The notes under the pieces were generated by a model, which saw only the letters and a list, made by a program, of their open reading frames with translations, made no database searches and was not told where the DNA came from. A program made the position numbers and the translations under genes. A DNA stretch of 63,966 nt, the filler included, from Reticulomyxa filosa (Eukaryota; Protista; Foraminifera): assembly GCA_000512085.1 (NCBI GenBank). It is 18 parts of 18 records of this genome, joined end to end, with 100 filler letters (N's around TTAATTAATTAA, not from the genome) between each part and the next. Parts side by side here need not be neighbours in the genome. Positions count along the whole stretch, not along the records: positions 50,006 to 55,221 come from ASPP01024595.1; positions 55,322 to 61,513 come from ASPP01009443.1; positions 61,614 to 62,866 come from ASPP01036434.1; positions 62,967 to 63,966 come from ASPP01038816.1; 14 more parts are not named here. One strand, given 5' to 3'. This document shows, one piece after another, positions 51,473-63,966 of this stretch (within the stretch, counting starts at the first letter, position 1; each line of letters starts with the position of its first letter).

Positions 51473-53082
51473 TTATTTATGGTAGTTCTGAAATTTTTCA
51501 AATAAAACTCTTAACACTTGTCCGTTTGCAAAAATGTCCCATTCGTCGTCGTCGTTATTGTCAAAGTCGATATGTTGGATGACCGACACATTGAACAAGG
51601 TGACATTTTTGCCACCGATGATATGGATTCCTCCAACGTTGTCGTAAAACACGCAATTCCTCATTACCATTGTCATAATGCTATGTCCCGATACTTTGAG
51701 CGGACCCGCCACACTTTGCAAATCTTGAATCACAATTTTATCAAACAGCACGGGGCCGCCAAGTCCTGCGCAAAGGCCGCCGAAACAGTATCGTGGCATT
51801 CACCATTGTGTCGTGGTTCTTCCATGTGGCGATGTGTCGAATATTTACATTTTGCATTTGCAGTATGGCGCCTTCAAAGTGCACCGCAATGGTATCGACC
51901 ATCACATTTTTGATCGTCATCGTTAGCGGCTGATAGCCAACGGACTCAAAGTTTGCCGACACAGTCAGCTTAATTCCATATGTTCAGCGCAACTGTGAAA
52001 AGTACGTATTGATGATCATCACATTTGAGTTCTTGCTTTTGTATTCGTATCCATTGATCAACACAAGGATGCTCACCAACACGATCTCGCCGTCCACAAT
52101 GTTGGTGGATCGCGAGTTGCGCACAATGACTTGCTTGGGCGGGAATTGGCGAGATGTCTGTTGACATCAGACGCAAATAATTTTTTTTTGGAAGCTGTCC
52201 ACTGTCATGTTCATCACCTCGATGGGAAATTCCGAACTGGCAAAATCGACGGATAGAAACACCATCGTAGTGTCCTTCGTGACATTATTGTGTAAGTATA
52301 AGTCACGCATAAATAAGCCAACGGCTTTCTGTTGTGTCTTGTTCAGCCACGACCACAAGTTGAGATAAATGTGATTTGACTTCACCGTTGAATGAATATC
52401 GTTCATTTAATGTCGATCTAATTGACGCGAATCATTTCGATTCTGGACACATTTGCTTCAATGTTGACGAATTTGAATTTTGCAGCACGACGTCGGACAT
52501 CGACAGATGTATGGCATTGCGCAAGCGTAATAGAACTGGGGTATATAGAGTAATGTCTTTGAATAGCACATATATCCAATCTACGCCAATTGGCGCAAAC
52601 GATATATGCGGATGCGATGCTTGGAACTGTATAATTGGAAGAGATTGGCTGATCGCTTCTATCGTTTCGAATGTCGAGTACTCAACCAATATATGCAAAC
52701 AGTCGTTGCAGGTAATGAAAAAGTTTATTGCGTCGAACACAGTCACTTGCGATAGACTCAGAAACACAAGGATAAACGCCAGTTGCGAGTCGTCCACTCG
52801 CGTGAATTGCACATTGTGGATGGACAGATTGAACCCTTGCAGGAATGACGTGCTGATCGATGTTTGCGTGTCGCCGCTCCATTCGTTTGATATTACTTGC
52901 AACAATGTGCTTTCAAAGATCATTGCAAAATCCACGCTGTCGATAATGAATTGCGTCGGCAGTCCCTCCTTGGCGATTCCAATATCAAACACGTTACAGT
53001 ATGATATATTCGTAAATATCGTGTCCATCACTGTGACGACGCTTTCATCGGTCATATTAATATGAAACAGCCAAGACTGCAA
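51473..53082 (-). pseudogene. Fragmented parallel beta-helix (pectin-lyase-like) surface protein
   Basis: Broken ORFs with beta-helix periodicity (SIHNVQF, SMSDVVLQNS, MRNCVFYDNVGG). Confidence 0.5.
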
Positions 53083-54593
53083 TGGGATATTATCTCCTCA
53101 TCCGTTGATTTCAAATGAAAAAAACATTGATCGACCACGAGCATTTCATTGTCGTACTGCACTTCAAACACGATATTCCCGCCATTGGAGTGCATTTGGA
53201 AAACGAGTTAGTGTGATGTTGTGCCCCACAGAGCACCAAACTAAAATTGAAATGATTTCAAGATTTTGCCAACAAACAACAAAAATTAATAAAAATAACG
53301 AATTAAAATGTGATGTTTTCTAAGAGTTTGATATTTCTTCTTTGATTATGAATTAAGGGTATCTATTCAACAAAATCATACTTACCACCAAGTTTTTCTT
53401 CACTGAAGCGTATTCCTTAAAAACAGTCGCAAACTCTTTCTTTCATTTTGCTTTGTTGAACATCAGACCTTCTGAAAACAATAGATTACTTATTTTAGAT
53501 TACAAATTTTTCAAAATTTTCAGTAAAACATTTATATGGGACTGACGATGGAATAAGTCAAATGACATCAAACTTGATCTTGTTTTTAGAATTCAATCCT
53601 TGGAAAAAGATTAATCATTTATCGGTTTTTTCACAGTATACATGTTAATTTTAGTTTTGTTTTTGCTGTTAGTTGCAAAAGATAGCATAATTGACATTAT
53701 GTTTTAATTAATTACTTTGAAGGACAGATTTGGCTTTTTTTAAGTAAAATATTTTGATATAAGCTCAAAATTAAAACAACATAACAATATGAAAAAATTT
53801 ATGAAAGAAATACTATATCAGCTTGATCGAATTGTCTTCGGCACATCGGGCATTTGACGTTTTGCTGCTTGAATAAGTTTTGGCAGCAAACGGAGCATAC
53901 ACAACAATGGTTGCAATGCAAGAAAATATATTTACGTAATTCTGTCTTACATATGATACACAATCTTGAATCGTATTCAGATGATTCATTTTCTTCTTCT
54001 TGGACACAATCTATGTTTCCAAAGCTTTATCAAATAAAAGAAGATATATAAAAATGATAAAGTAATTAACTTTTTTGTACTAGTCTTATTTTATAGATTG
54101 AGTGTGTTTTGGTATTTATTTAAATACCACAATTTCGCGATTTAATTATAAGCCAGTATATTCTTAAAAATACTTTGATTTCAGTCTATAATAATCAATA
54201 TAAATATTATCAAATGAATAAATAAAATTTATATCGTATTAACTGATGCACCAACTGGTAATATTTCAAGTATTTCAAATACTTTTTTGTCATAAGGATG
54301 ACAAACACCTTTTTTGTACTTCCATTCGCAAGCAGCCTGTAACAAAGTAAATAAAGTGGACAATTTATTTATTTATTAGTTTTCAAAGACATTACAAGTA
54401 TTTCCAGGACTGATACTATTGTGATGATAACTTCTTTGACAAACTTGAACAAACAAAGAATTTGATAGTGAAACAGATACATTAAAATTTTTTTTTTTGA
54501 AAAACGATATTATATGTTAAGTTGATTTAATCAAATGTATTACATGCTGCCTTGTTCGAGTCCGTCAAGTATATCAGACTCTGACTTTGGACC

Positions 54594-55221
54594 ATGGAAA
54601 ATCACAATTATAAACAACTGAACGTTCGAATGGGGGGGTGCTTTTGCTGGAAAATATTAAAAATGCCAAACTCACTACAGTCAGATTTGTCAATAACAGC
54701 GCTACCGATGACAAATGCGCTCTCGCCATCATCTCCTCCTCGGCCGTCGTCATTCAAAGCTCGCGATTCAAAAACTGCTATTCCGCCGACGGAGGGGCCA
54801 TCTACTTTGCCAACACGAACGAAACGTCGTGGCTTACGATCATTCAAACTAAGATTATCAACTAGGTGTTTAATAATAACACGGCCGAATTTGAAGGAGG
54901 CGCCATCCGCTTCAATGAGGGCTCCTTTTCCATTACCAACTGCACCTTTTCTAACAGTCATGCCAAAATGGGAGGCGTGCTCAGTTTGAACGATGTCAAT
55001 TATGCGCTAATCGACAACTCGCTCTTCGTCAACAACACCGCCCTTACCTCCGGCGGTGTCATCATGGAACTCGGCGTACTCAGTTCCAACATTAAGAAAT
55101 GCAACTTTTCTACCATCGTTCGAAACTCGGTCTTCAATTACAATCGCGCCTTCCCGTCCGGCGGTGTCATGTTACTTGACTCACAAAGTTGGCTTATCGA
55201 AAACTCTTCATTCACCGGAAA
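54594..55221 (+). pseudogene. Pmp-like GGA(I/V)/FxxN repeat protein, disrupted (in-frame TAG at 54863-54865, upstream frameshift)
   Basis: FKNCYSADGGAIY, FNNNTAEFEGGAI, FSNSHAKMGGV, FVNNTALTSGGV, FNYNRAFPSGGV. Confidence 0.75.
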
Positions 55222-55321
55222 NNNNNNNNNNNNNNNNNNNNNNNNNNNNNNNNNNNNNNNNNNNNTTAATTAATTAANNNNNNNNNNNNNNNNNNNNNNN
55301 NNNNNNNNNNNNNNNNNNNNN

Positions 55322-56592
55322 TTGTTGTTGTTGTTGTTATACGTATCGTTATTACCTTTTTCCGATTGTTTATTTGTTTCATTGGCTTGCGGATATATAA
55401 TTTCAACGTAATGTTCGTATTCTTTCCTCGTTATGTTTGAAGTTTGTGACAGCGTCGTTTGCAGCAACGCGTCATCATCATTTTCTGCCTTTTGTCTTGG
55501 CATACTCAACTTTACTATTACTTCGTCGGTATTCGTTTCCGGTTTCTGTTTCTGTTTCTGCTTTTGCATTGGGTTTTCTTTTGCGTTGTTGACGTCACTG
55601 TATTGTGCCATCATTGGTATCACTTCTTCATGGTAATGAAACACAGGTGAGTATACGTAGTCTTCCGGATCTCTTTCCTTCATCTCTTGTCGTTGTACGT
55701 CGTCGCGACCGGCATCTTTTTCCTCCTTTCGGTCTTCTGTTTGTTGCTTGCTTGACATGCGAATTCGAAATGTTGTCTTCTCTTTGTCGATAACAATGAG
55801 GGGGTTGGATTCTATCAGCGCGTTCAAATCAAAACGTATCGATTTTGATTCGTTGCTATCGCGCTGTGTCGCAAGTACGTTATCTTGGTCGTCCGTTGCG
55901 CTTTGGTCGAACATCATCAAATCGAACACCAAGTCTCCATAGCCTTTGTACGTCGGAGGATCAAACGTTATCACTCCTTCTTTCACACTCAAGTTTTGAA
56001 TGCGTGAAGGCTCTTTCGTATCAAAGCCCCCCCCCCACACAAAGTCACAATTGTCTCACGTACATGAATATTGTATATATGTATATATGCCATATACAAA
56101 CCATATCCTTTTTTTAAAAAAAAGAATATGTATGTACATATATATATACGTTTAAGGTTTTGCCGAAACTTTCATTAGTATATATCGAAACTACATATGT
56201 GCTTTGACCTTGAAGCTCGTCGTTCGAGGCGCGCACTGTGACTTTGTACTGCTTTAGTGGCAACAGTTTTCCTACTGACACACAGAAGTCTTTATCTTGC
56301 GATTTGCTTTGCGTTATGCAGCGCTCGAACTTGTTACTGTCCACTTCAACTGAATAATACAATGGTCTTGGATATCCCAACCGCTTTGGCTCTCTCCATC
56401 TTACTATGATCTGTAACATACATTTTTTAAATTATTGTTCGTTTGATGAAAAACTTTGTTTCTTATATTTGATATGACTACTTGAGTTGGACTTGCTAAT
56501 TCCAAATGAAGGTCTCTTGGCAAACTTGGAGCGACAGATTTTGGGCAATCTGACGAGTTTTCTTCAGCAGTTACTTGCAGGTCAGAGGTCAT
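55322..56592 (-). CDS. Fibronectin type III domain protein, 5' exons
   Basis: PSLPRDLHLELASPTQ|IIVRWREP...YSVEV...LLPLKQYKVTVRASNDELQG; second repeat PSRIQNLSV..ITFDPP. Confidence 0.8.
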
Positions 56593-56785
56593 TACAAATA
56601 AAAAATAAAAAAAGGGAACTACTAAAGAGCGGTTTACGTTGTTGTTATTTTCAAAACTTCACTATCTTTCATTGATTTGGTTTTTATTTTAGTTGTCCAG
56701 CAAAGCTCAAAGTAAGGTTTGTCGTTTTTTTTCTCTTTTGCGTGAAGATAATGTTAGCGACAAAAGGAAAAATTCTTGAGATAAA

Positions 56786-57872
56786 ATGTCAGCATTTCTT
56801 GTTATTTCGGAAGTAGCCTCTTTGTTGGCCTTTATTGTAATTGGAGTATTTTTCGGCGCATATTTATATCATGTTCACAGAAATAAGATCAGCTCAAAGC
56901 GCCTGATATGCGTAAATGTGCTGGTGTTTGTGTGGTTTTTGGTGCTGCAAGTGGCCAGCTTCGTGACCTTGCGGATGCATGATTCGATAGACTGTAAACT
57001 TCGCATTCGACTAATGATAGCGGTATTTCTGTCGACCAAGCATTGTCTGTACAACTTAATTGTGACAAGACTGGAGACAGTATACCAGCTTTCAGTCTAT
57101 GCATATTCCAAAAAATTATTATGGGGGTTTCGGCTGTATTCCGGCATAACTTGTCTTGCCATGGCATTGATAGTTGCGCTCCTTCTTGATCCTTTCTATA
57201 CAGGGAATGAAATATGTTATGTTACCTTTTCTCAGCGCAATTGGCCAATCGTGATTTTTTTATTGAATGATATCCTAATCAATATTTTTGGATTGGTCTT
57301 GTTTATTAGGTTTGGTCATACCTTTTTTTTTTTTTTTTTTGTGTTGTTTATGCGTACATACATACTGTTTTTTTTTTTAAAAAAAAATTTTATTACACTT
57401 GTAATCCAGACCTTTGGCAATTATACTCCACACATTGGACGATCAAGTTTCTGAAAGCAATTCTATGATCAAACTCGCTGTCAAGTCTACACATGTCACT
57501 ATGATTCTTGTCGTCACCACAATTGTTTCAATTCTTGCCTTTTTTTTCGGCTTGGTGCCACTCTCACGATTTGAAGATGTTTCGTTTTTGTTCTTATACG
57601 TAATCTACCTCTGCACACATTTTAAAAATATGTGTATTATGTTTGTATACATGTATATATGTGCGTACATAACACTTTTTTTTTTTTAATGCGTCGCTGC
57701 ACTCATAAACCGTTTGTACAATATACATACTCTCACCTGATAGTGCGCACAAAGTTTTTGCGTTTTACTTTTGAATAATACCTTTGATAACCTATATGAA
57801 AAGTTATGTAAATGCTGCATCTGTTGGATTCGAGGGTGTTACATGCGATTTGTCTTCAAACAGTCCAATTGA
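56786..57872 (+). CDS. 7-TM receptor-like (GPCR-like) protein; exons 56786-57309, 57410-57578, 57744-57872
   Basis: About seven hydrophobic segments after splicing, loop cysteines (IDCK, EICY), LFIRPL at the end of TM5, Cys-rich tail YEKLCKCCIC; GT-AG introns keep the frame. Confidence 0.75.
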
Positions 57873-58539
57873 TTTGGCTACTCTCCCTATGTTTGTTGGC
57901 CCTCATTTCTATTTGTGTTCGTGAATATGTGTCCACACAACTGTGATTGCTTATCTGCACAATAAGTAAATATATCTCTCCTTTATATCTTTGTTGATTT
58001 TTTGTGCAGTGTAAATACTGGTATAATTTGCCACACTCGGTGTCTCGAAAGCTTAAGGTCTTTTTTTTTGTGCATTTTTTGTTGGTCCACAAAATGTGAA
58101 TATTTTTTCGTTCCTTTTCTACAAACACTGAAAAATGACCTAGTCTTTGCTGACAAATTCCATTTTGTTAAATTGAATTTTATGAGTGATGGCTTAATAT
58201 TTAAAACGTCTTCGGTTTAACTATTTCTGTTTCCGAATAATTACATTTTCTGTGAAAGGAATTTGATTGTATCATATATTTTTGTTGTGATTCATACGAG
58301 ATGTTCAATTGCCGAAAAATGCGTCCATTGTTGTACTTATTGCAGTGTTCATTGTAAATTTTTTAATTTTATCTTCATTGCTTAAAAAAAGTTTTGTGCT
58401 ATAAGCAAACCTTTAGTTGGCTCTCTTTTCATGAAAAGTGTCCATATGTATGCTGTGAAAACATAAAAAAGGTTCCGCAGGAAAATAAAAGGTAAATTCG
58501 CAATTTTGGACATCATCCGCAGTGGAAGCAGCAACTAAC

Positions 58540-58831
58540 ATGAGTTCAAAACGTGACGCAAGAAAATTAAAGCAATTGAAAGAAGAGGTAGGAAGATTAC
58601 AAGAAGAATTAGACAAACTAGAACAAGGCCAGAAACCAGACGCCTCGTGCAAAGAGTAAGTTTTGTTAGTAACTTCACACGTTTCTGTTTGTCAACTGTG
58701 CATATATTTTAAAAAATGGGGCATTTGTGTCCAGGATTGCAGATTGGCTCGGTAAGCAAGGTGATGATCCAATATACAGTGAAGAAAATCCGTTTCATGT
58801 GAGATCCCACGACGGCTGTTGCATTTTGTAA
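58540..58831 (+). CDS. Heterotrimeric G-protein gamma subunit, 70 aa; exons 58540-58655 and 58735-58831
   Basis: MSSKRDARKLKQLKEEVGRLQEELDKLEQGQKPDASCKEIADWLGKQGDDPIYSEENPFHVRSHDGCCIL*: coiled coil, S+C, DP, NPF, CaaX; GTAAG..CAG intron. Confidence 0.9.
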
Positions 58832-59952
58832 AGTCAAACGGTTAACAGAAACATCGAAAAACAGTATTCATTGTTGGAAGTTGTCAGTAATTACAGCAAA
58901 CTGCGCCTTTAAGCTCAAACTGGATCTTGTGACATTTCTTTTTTTTTCTTGTTATTGAAAATTTGAGTTGAAACATTGCACATTGTTTTTTTGCGAACTT
59001 TTTGTCAAACCATTTTGAAGGTGTAATGTTATTATGTTTTTTTTGCCATCTGTGACCCCCAAACGTGCATATCTTTGGCAGGTCAGAAATCTAAGTGCAT
59101 CCTCATCGTATCATACATACAAAATCGTAGCTATGATGCATGATGTACATTGACATTTGCTTTTAATTTTCTTACAGCCTATGTTTGTGTGGAGAAATAT
59201 GAACGTGTACATCCCCAAAAAATATTTGGACTCGGCCTGTACGACGATAAAAAAATTTTTGCCTCTTCATAAAAAAGGGGCTAAAAACTTGACTTTTACA
59301 AATATTTTATGTTTATTCCTAACGTACATAAATTAATCAAAAAAATTAAAAAAACTGAACTATGAATTGTGCTGTTGCCAAAATGAGATACATAACAATA
59401 TACATTTAAATTTGTAAACTCCGTACAATTTGTTTTTGCCACCTCCTCATTGGATCAGTACTTTCGACTTTATCAACAATTAACAATTAAACTGATGCAA
59501 GACTTCAAATTTTGCGTTAGTAGTAAGACATCCCTAAAAAAAGAATTCATGCAAATAAAAAAAATCTTCGTGTTTAACCTTGATCATATTACATTCTTTT
59601 GTTTCAAAATATGTAAAACTATTGGACGCTTATTATGTACAAGTCAATTAAAAAAGATCCTACCACTTTGAAAGTAAAAAATATAGATAGAGTAATTTTG
59701 TTGTTTAATGACATAGCGAACATTGCGTCGATCACATCAATTGAACAATGTTTTCAAATTTCAACACAACATGATAAATATCAATGATTGGTAAACGAGA
59801 ACCACTAATAAGCAAACAATAAGTCCTTTGTCTTGTAATTGTGTAAAATATAAGTTCTTTCTGTTCACACTTTCTCGAACAATTCTGGGGGCTATACATA
59901 CAATTGTTTATGAAGCAGACACACAATAAGCATTTATTGGACCATTTATGTT

Positions 59953-61513
59953 TCAGAAATCACACATTTTACGTACCAGTTTTTCGAATAATTTTGGTGA
60001 TTCATTGGAAATGTATTTTAGCAAGTTTTCAATCAACTGCGTGTAATGTTTTTGTTGAGCAGATAGTTTTTCCTCCGCTTCTCTGCGGATGGACTCCTTA
60101 ATTGCATTTAATTGTTTAAACCGATTCCAAACAGAGATAAGTTTTCCCAATACTCGACTCCGTAATCACTTAGCAACTCATCCCCAGGCAGAATATCTGT
60201 CGTGGCCACCACGAACACATGTGGCCAGCCATTCACCAATACTTCAACGAACTGAACATTTGGTGCACGTTTCTATCCTCTCATAAAAAAAAACAAAGAA
60301 AAAAACGTTGGAGTGGGTTTGAAAACAGAGCATTCAAAAAAAAGAGAAAGTAAGCAACGAAATAAGAAAAAGAGTGCAAAAGCAGTGTATCAATTTTAGG
60401 CATACACTTTGTTTTAAACAAGAAGAATCGAGATGGGGTTTGTCATTCGATTGTAGCACAAAGTTATCACGATAGTCGTTAAGATAAACTGCTCTAATGA
60501 TTAATTTTATGGAGTGCATTATTTGCTCCAACTAGAAACAAAATCAAAAACAAACACAAAAAAACTCGTTGTGGAATTGTCGAGGATCAATGACGACAGA
60601 ATCTCCATTAGGAAGATGACATCCATTCAACGCATACAAGCAAGGTTATAAATTTCAGTTTCGAGATCACATTGTGCGGTACTCTTTGCACAAATCAAAG
60701 CCCCGGTATATTCGAACAACAGTTCGTCTTTTCGGATAGGCAAAACAGCGAATAAGCCGTGCACTGCATTTTTATGAATGGAATTAATTTGACATTGCAT
60801 TGCAGGATTGGACGAATCGAGAATTTGGCCGACCACCACCCCTGGGTGACTTGTGTCCAATGCTGTTCTCCACTCCGTCCAATTGCGATTCAAAAATGGA
60901 GTCAATTGCTCCTCCAACACACTCATTTCGCAATGATGACCTTGTCTGTCGCTGTTGCAACTCCTCGCAAAATGGTGGCGTTTGCTCTTGGCCGTCTTGT
61001 CAGTGCAAGCGCTCTCTTCCTTTTGTTGGGTTTGCTCTTCGAACAACTCTTCGACAGTTCGTTTGACAGCCTTTGTTGTGCCCACATGTTTCAACAACCA
61101 AATAAAAACACACCACTTTTGACATTCATACAAAAAAAAAAAAAAAAAAAAAAAAAGGGGGAACTCCAAACATTGATTGATTCATTCGAGCAAATCAACT
61201 CAAACACGATGTTTGCCTTATCCATTAAATCGGGCAATATAACCGGTTTGAAATGTGCAAAATTGCAACTGCGACGCAAATGCAGCACTATTTGATTGTT
61301 TTGATTGTTTGATTGCTTGTTTCCCAAAAAAAAAAAAAAAAAAAAAAAAAAGAACAGAAATGTGTGGCTTTGATAACCTTGTTGAGTGGACAATTTTTGA
61401 GTAATACAAGTATTGGTAATGATATCGGTGTTGCTATTGGTATTGATATCAGTATTGGCACTGACATTGACATTGACACTGATATTGGACTTGATATCAG
61501 CATTGATATTGGA
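59953..61513 (-). CDS. SET-domain lysine methyltransferase, multi-exon, 5' truncated; probable single-base frameshift near 60148
   Basis: HGLFAVLPIRKDELLFEYTG, VIDP, YLNDYR, PNVQFVEVLVNGWPHVFVVATTDILPGDELLSDYGVEYW. Confidence 0.85.
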
Positions 61514-62046
61514 NNNNNNNNNNNNNNNNNNNNNNNNNNNNNNNNNNNNNNNNNNNNTTAATTAATTAANNNNNNNNNNNNNNNNNNNNNNNNNNNNNNN
61601 NNNNNNNNNNNNNTTACTTTTAAAAAAGTTACGTTGCACTTTGTAGAAAAAGGAGCAGCCCACTGCGTTCACTGAGGTGCTTAAAGAATTTTGTCGGTTT
61701 GATACTTTTGTCTAATTTGTGAATGAAAGCAAGTATAGCTATTTAATTTAACTTCATCTGCCATCAATATTTAAAGTCATTATTTTTTTGGCCATCATTC
61801 TGATGCAACTAAAAGGATATTTTTTACAAAAGTTTAGAAATCATGAAAACAACTCCAATATTTGTGGATCAATCTTTACATATCGATAAACTTCCAAGAT
61901 CTCGTTTATTTTTTACTTTGTAAAATGCAAAAAATTTATAGATTTTGACCCCTTTTGTTTTTGTAAATTTCAATTAAACTTTCTCTTTTCTTTTGCCCTC
62001 TTCGAACTCAACGCCAATTTTGACAATATCTCCCGTATTATCACCG

Positions 62047-62440
62047 TCAAAATTGAGCAAATCTACGCTGACCTGTGTCAGGGTGTTTATAAAACAATTG
62101 AACTTGATCATTTTTCGAACGTGACTTGTTCAAAAAAGGGGTTTTCAAAATATATTTTAAATTTTTTGAGTAGTTGGCGCTTGCTTTTGTCATCACAATA
62201 TTGTGTTCCATGTTTATATTTAGAATGATATAATTCAAATTCTACCGATTCTTGTTGTCATAGAATAGTGTATTCTTCTTTGCGCTCCTATCAATAAATT
62301 TATTAATTTATTTATTCAGTAATATTTACTTTTCTATTTTCAAACTTGTCATCTCGTCGAATAATCGTGTTAAAAAATCTTTTGTAAATATATCCAGTGG
62401 GTGAATCAAAAGAACTAACTTTGTAATCATCATCAAGAAG
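62047..62440 (-). pseudogene. Possible decayed HSPA12-like Hsp70 C-terminal fragment
   Basis: FFNTIIRRDD, EFELYHS...QYCDD and HPDTGQRRFAQF* spread over several frames. Confidence 0.35.
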
Positions 62441-63025
62441 TCATTTGTTCTTCACCAAATTACATGTTGATATTATTGTTTTTTCTTCAACAAAAATTGA
62501 TATTTTTGAACTTTTTTGTTATGGTGGCCATCACAAAAAAGAAACTAGTTTTTTCCAATTTACACATTATTATTTATAAATAAAAGCAAAGAGTTGAACT
62601 TCTGTATGTTTGAAATGTAATTGCAACAATTCAACAATTAAAGATATTATATGTTTTTGCTTCCATTAACTGATAAATCGTCTCTATTCATTATTAATTT
62701 GACGATATTTGATATGGTCAGGATATTTCAAAATATTCCATAAAATATACAAACACATTTTTATCAAAATTTTGAATTCGCTTTCTTCTTTCGTTCTATT
62801 ATTTTACGAATCATTTTTTCATTTTATTTTAATATGTATTTAATTTATATTAACTCATTTAAGTTGNNNNNNNNNNNNNNNNNNNNNNNNNNNNNNNNNN
62901 NNNNNNNNNNTTAATTAATTAANNNNNNNNNNNNNNNNNNNNNNNNNNNNNNNNNNNNNNNNNNNNACGACATGCGCTTTAGGGGCTCATGACTTTGATG
63001 AAATTTATCCTTCGCTCATTGGAAA

Positions 63026-63830
63026 TTATATTAGGGGAGAACATATTGTTGGTAATGTTTCACAGTAGACCGAATACGTTACAAAATGACTTATATCATT
63101 TATTCGTTTTTCAATAATTCGTTCGAAATCAGCACCAAAATTTATGTGGCTTCGCATTTTCGAATAACCGCCCATTTTTCTTTTGGTATACGTATTAAAG
63201 ATTGAGAAACTTGAAAAAGAAACAAAAAAGAACATTCAATTTTTCAAAAGGGAGACTTTTTTGAGGTCTTAGTTCTAAAACACGCCAGGTCAACTGTAGA
63301 GCAAATATAAAATAACCATAGGTACCACTCGATCGACTTGCGAATCGCGAGGGAATTTGCATAATTCTGAGTATTGGCTCAAAATATTTGCCATTGCCCG
63401 TCATTCAGTCATCCGAGTAACCGACAGGGATATTTCAGAAAGCATAGACCTTAATTCAAACCCCCAATAAGGCTGATAAAAAAATTTTTATTTCATCTCG
63501 ATATAAATTTAATAGCAACCAACAAATAAAAACGAGTATAAGAAAACATATTAAAAAATCGCTGAATTGATTAAAATTGTTCATCGTTTGCAGGGTTTAT
63601 TCTTGTTTGAGGAAAAAACAATTTTTCATGACCAACTATCCTCACGCTCATCAGAAAAAAATGGAGGGACGAAATCAGAATAATCCCACTGTCTGTGTAG
63701 TCTATCTGTCAAATCGTCTTGTATCCTACCACCTCTTTCCACGGCTTCAAGTTGGCGGACATAATGGATAATAATTCTCATTAGGTCCAAAGGTAAAGCC
63801 TCGAAAAGTTTATTTAGATCAGACATATTA
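63026..63830 (-). pseudogene. Fragmented gene with an F-box-like N-terminus
   Basis: LFEALPLDLMRIIIHYV followed by broken frames. Confidence 0.35.
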
Positions 63831-63966
63831 CGATCTATCTGGGACGATAAAAAATTTTTATTAAAAATGTTGTGTTTCCCAAACTGACAATAAAAACATT
63901 TCTTCAGGTGACGCAACGGAATCAGTAAGAAGGACAGAGTAATATTGGTTTGTATATTTACTAAAA

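Noticed and set aside
1001-62966. Recurring TTAATTAATTAA as a biological repeat or CRISPR-like array
   Set aside because: Always embedded in N padding; it is a contig-joining linker. ORFs ending in X..N or X..LIN are artefacts of it.
1-63966. tRNA, rRNA, CRISPR arrays or prokaryotic operons
   Set aside because: None recognised; the sequence is intron-containing eukaryotic DNA.

Overview
AT-rich eukaryotic draft-assembly DNA: 18 contigs joined by 17 artificial 100-bp spacers (N44-TTAATTAATTAA-N44). Short GT-AG introns rich in poly-A/T and (TA)n, plus many decayed WD40/TPR/NACHT/CAP-Gly gene copies, resemble the foraminiferan Reticulomyxa filosa (inference, not verified). Recognisable genes: TIM17, ALKBH1-like AlkB, CHD6-9-like remodeller, RNF213-like AAA+, TOG-domain, SPRY, SET, REJ-like, FN3, CREST/TMEM8-like, and a 2-oxoacid dehydrogenase E2 fragment. 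Highlights not shown by the ORF track: (1) a spliced 70-aa G-protein gamma subunit (DP..NPF..CCIL) just downstream of a 3-exon 7TM receptor-like gene; (2) an RGS C-terminus that probably belongs to a multi-TM protein with two paralogues here; (3) a short-LTR retroelement family (internally deleted copy with PBS and PPT, solo LTR with 4-bp TSD, a diverged solo LTR); (4) tandem decayed LINE copies with a covarying 5' hairpin; (5) a TA-flanked MITE; (6) NLR-like parts, including a NACHT with no Walker A and an inactive caspase-like-TPR fusion. Family calls rest on motif recognition by eye; no searches were run.
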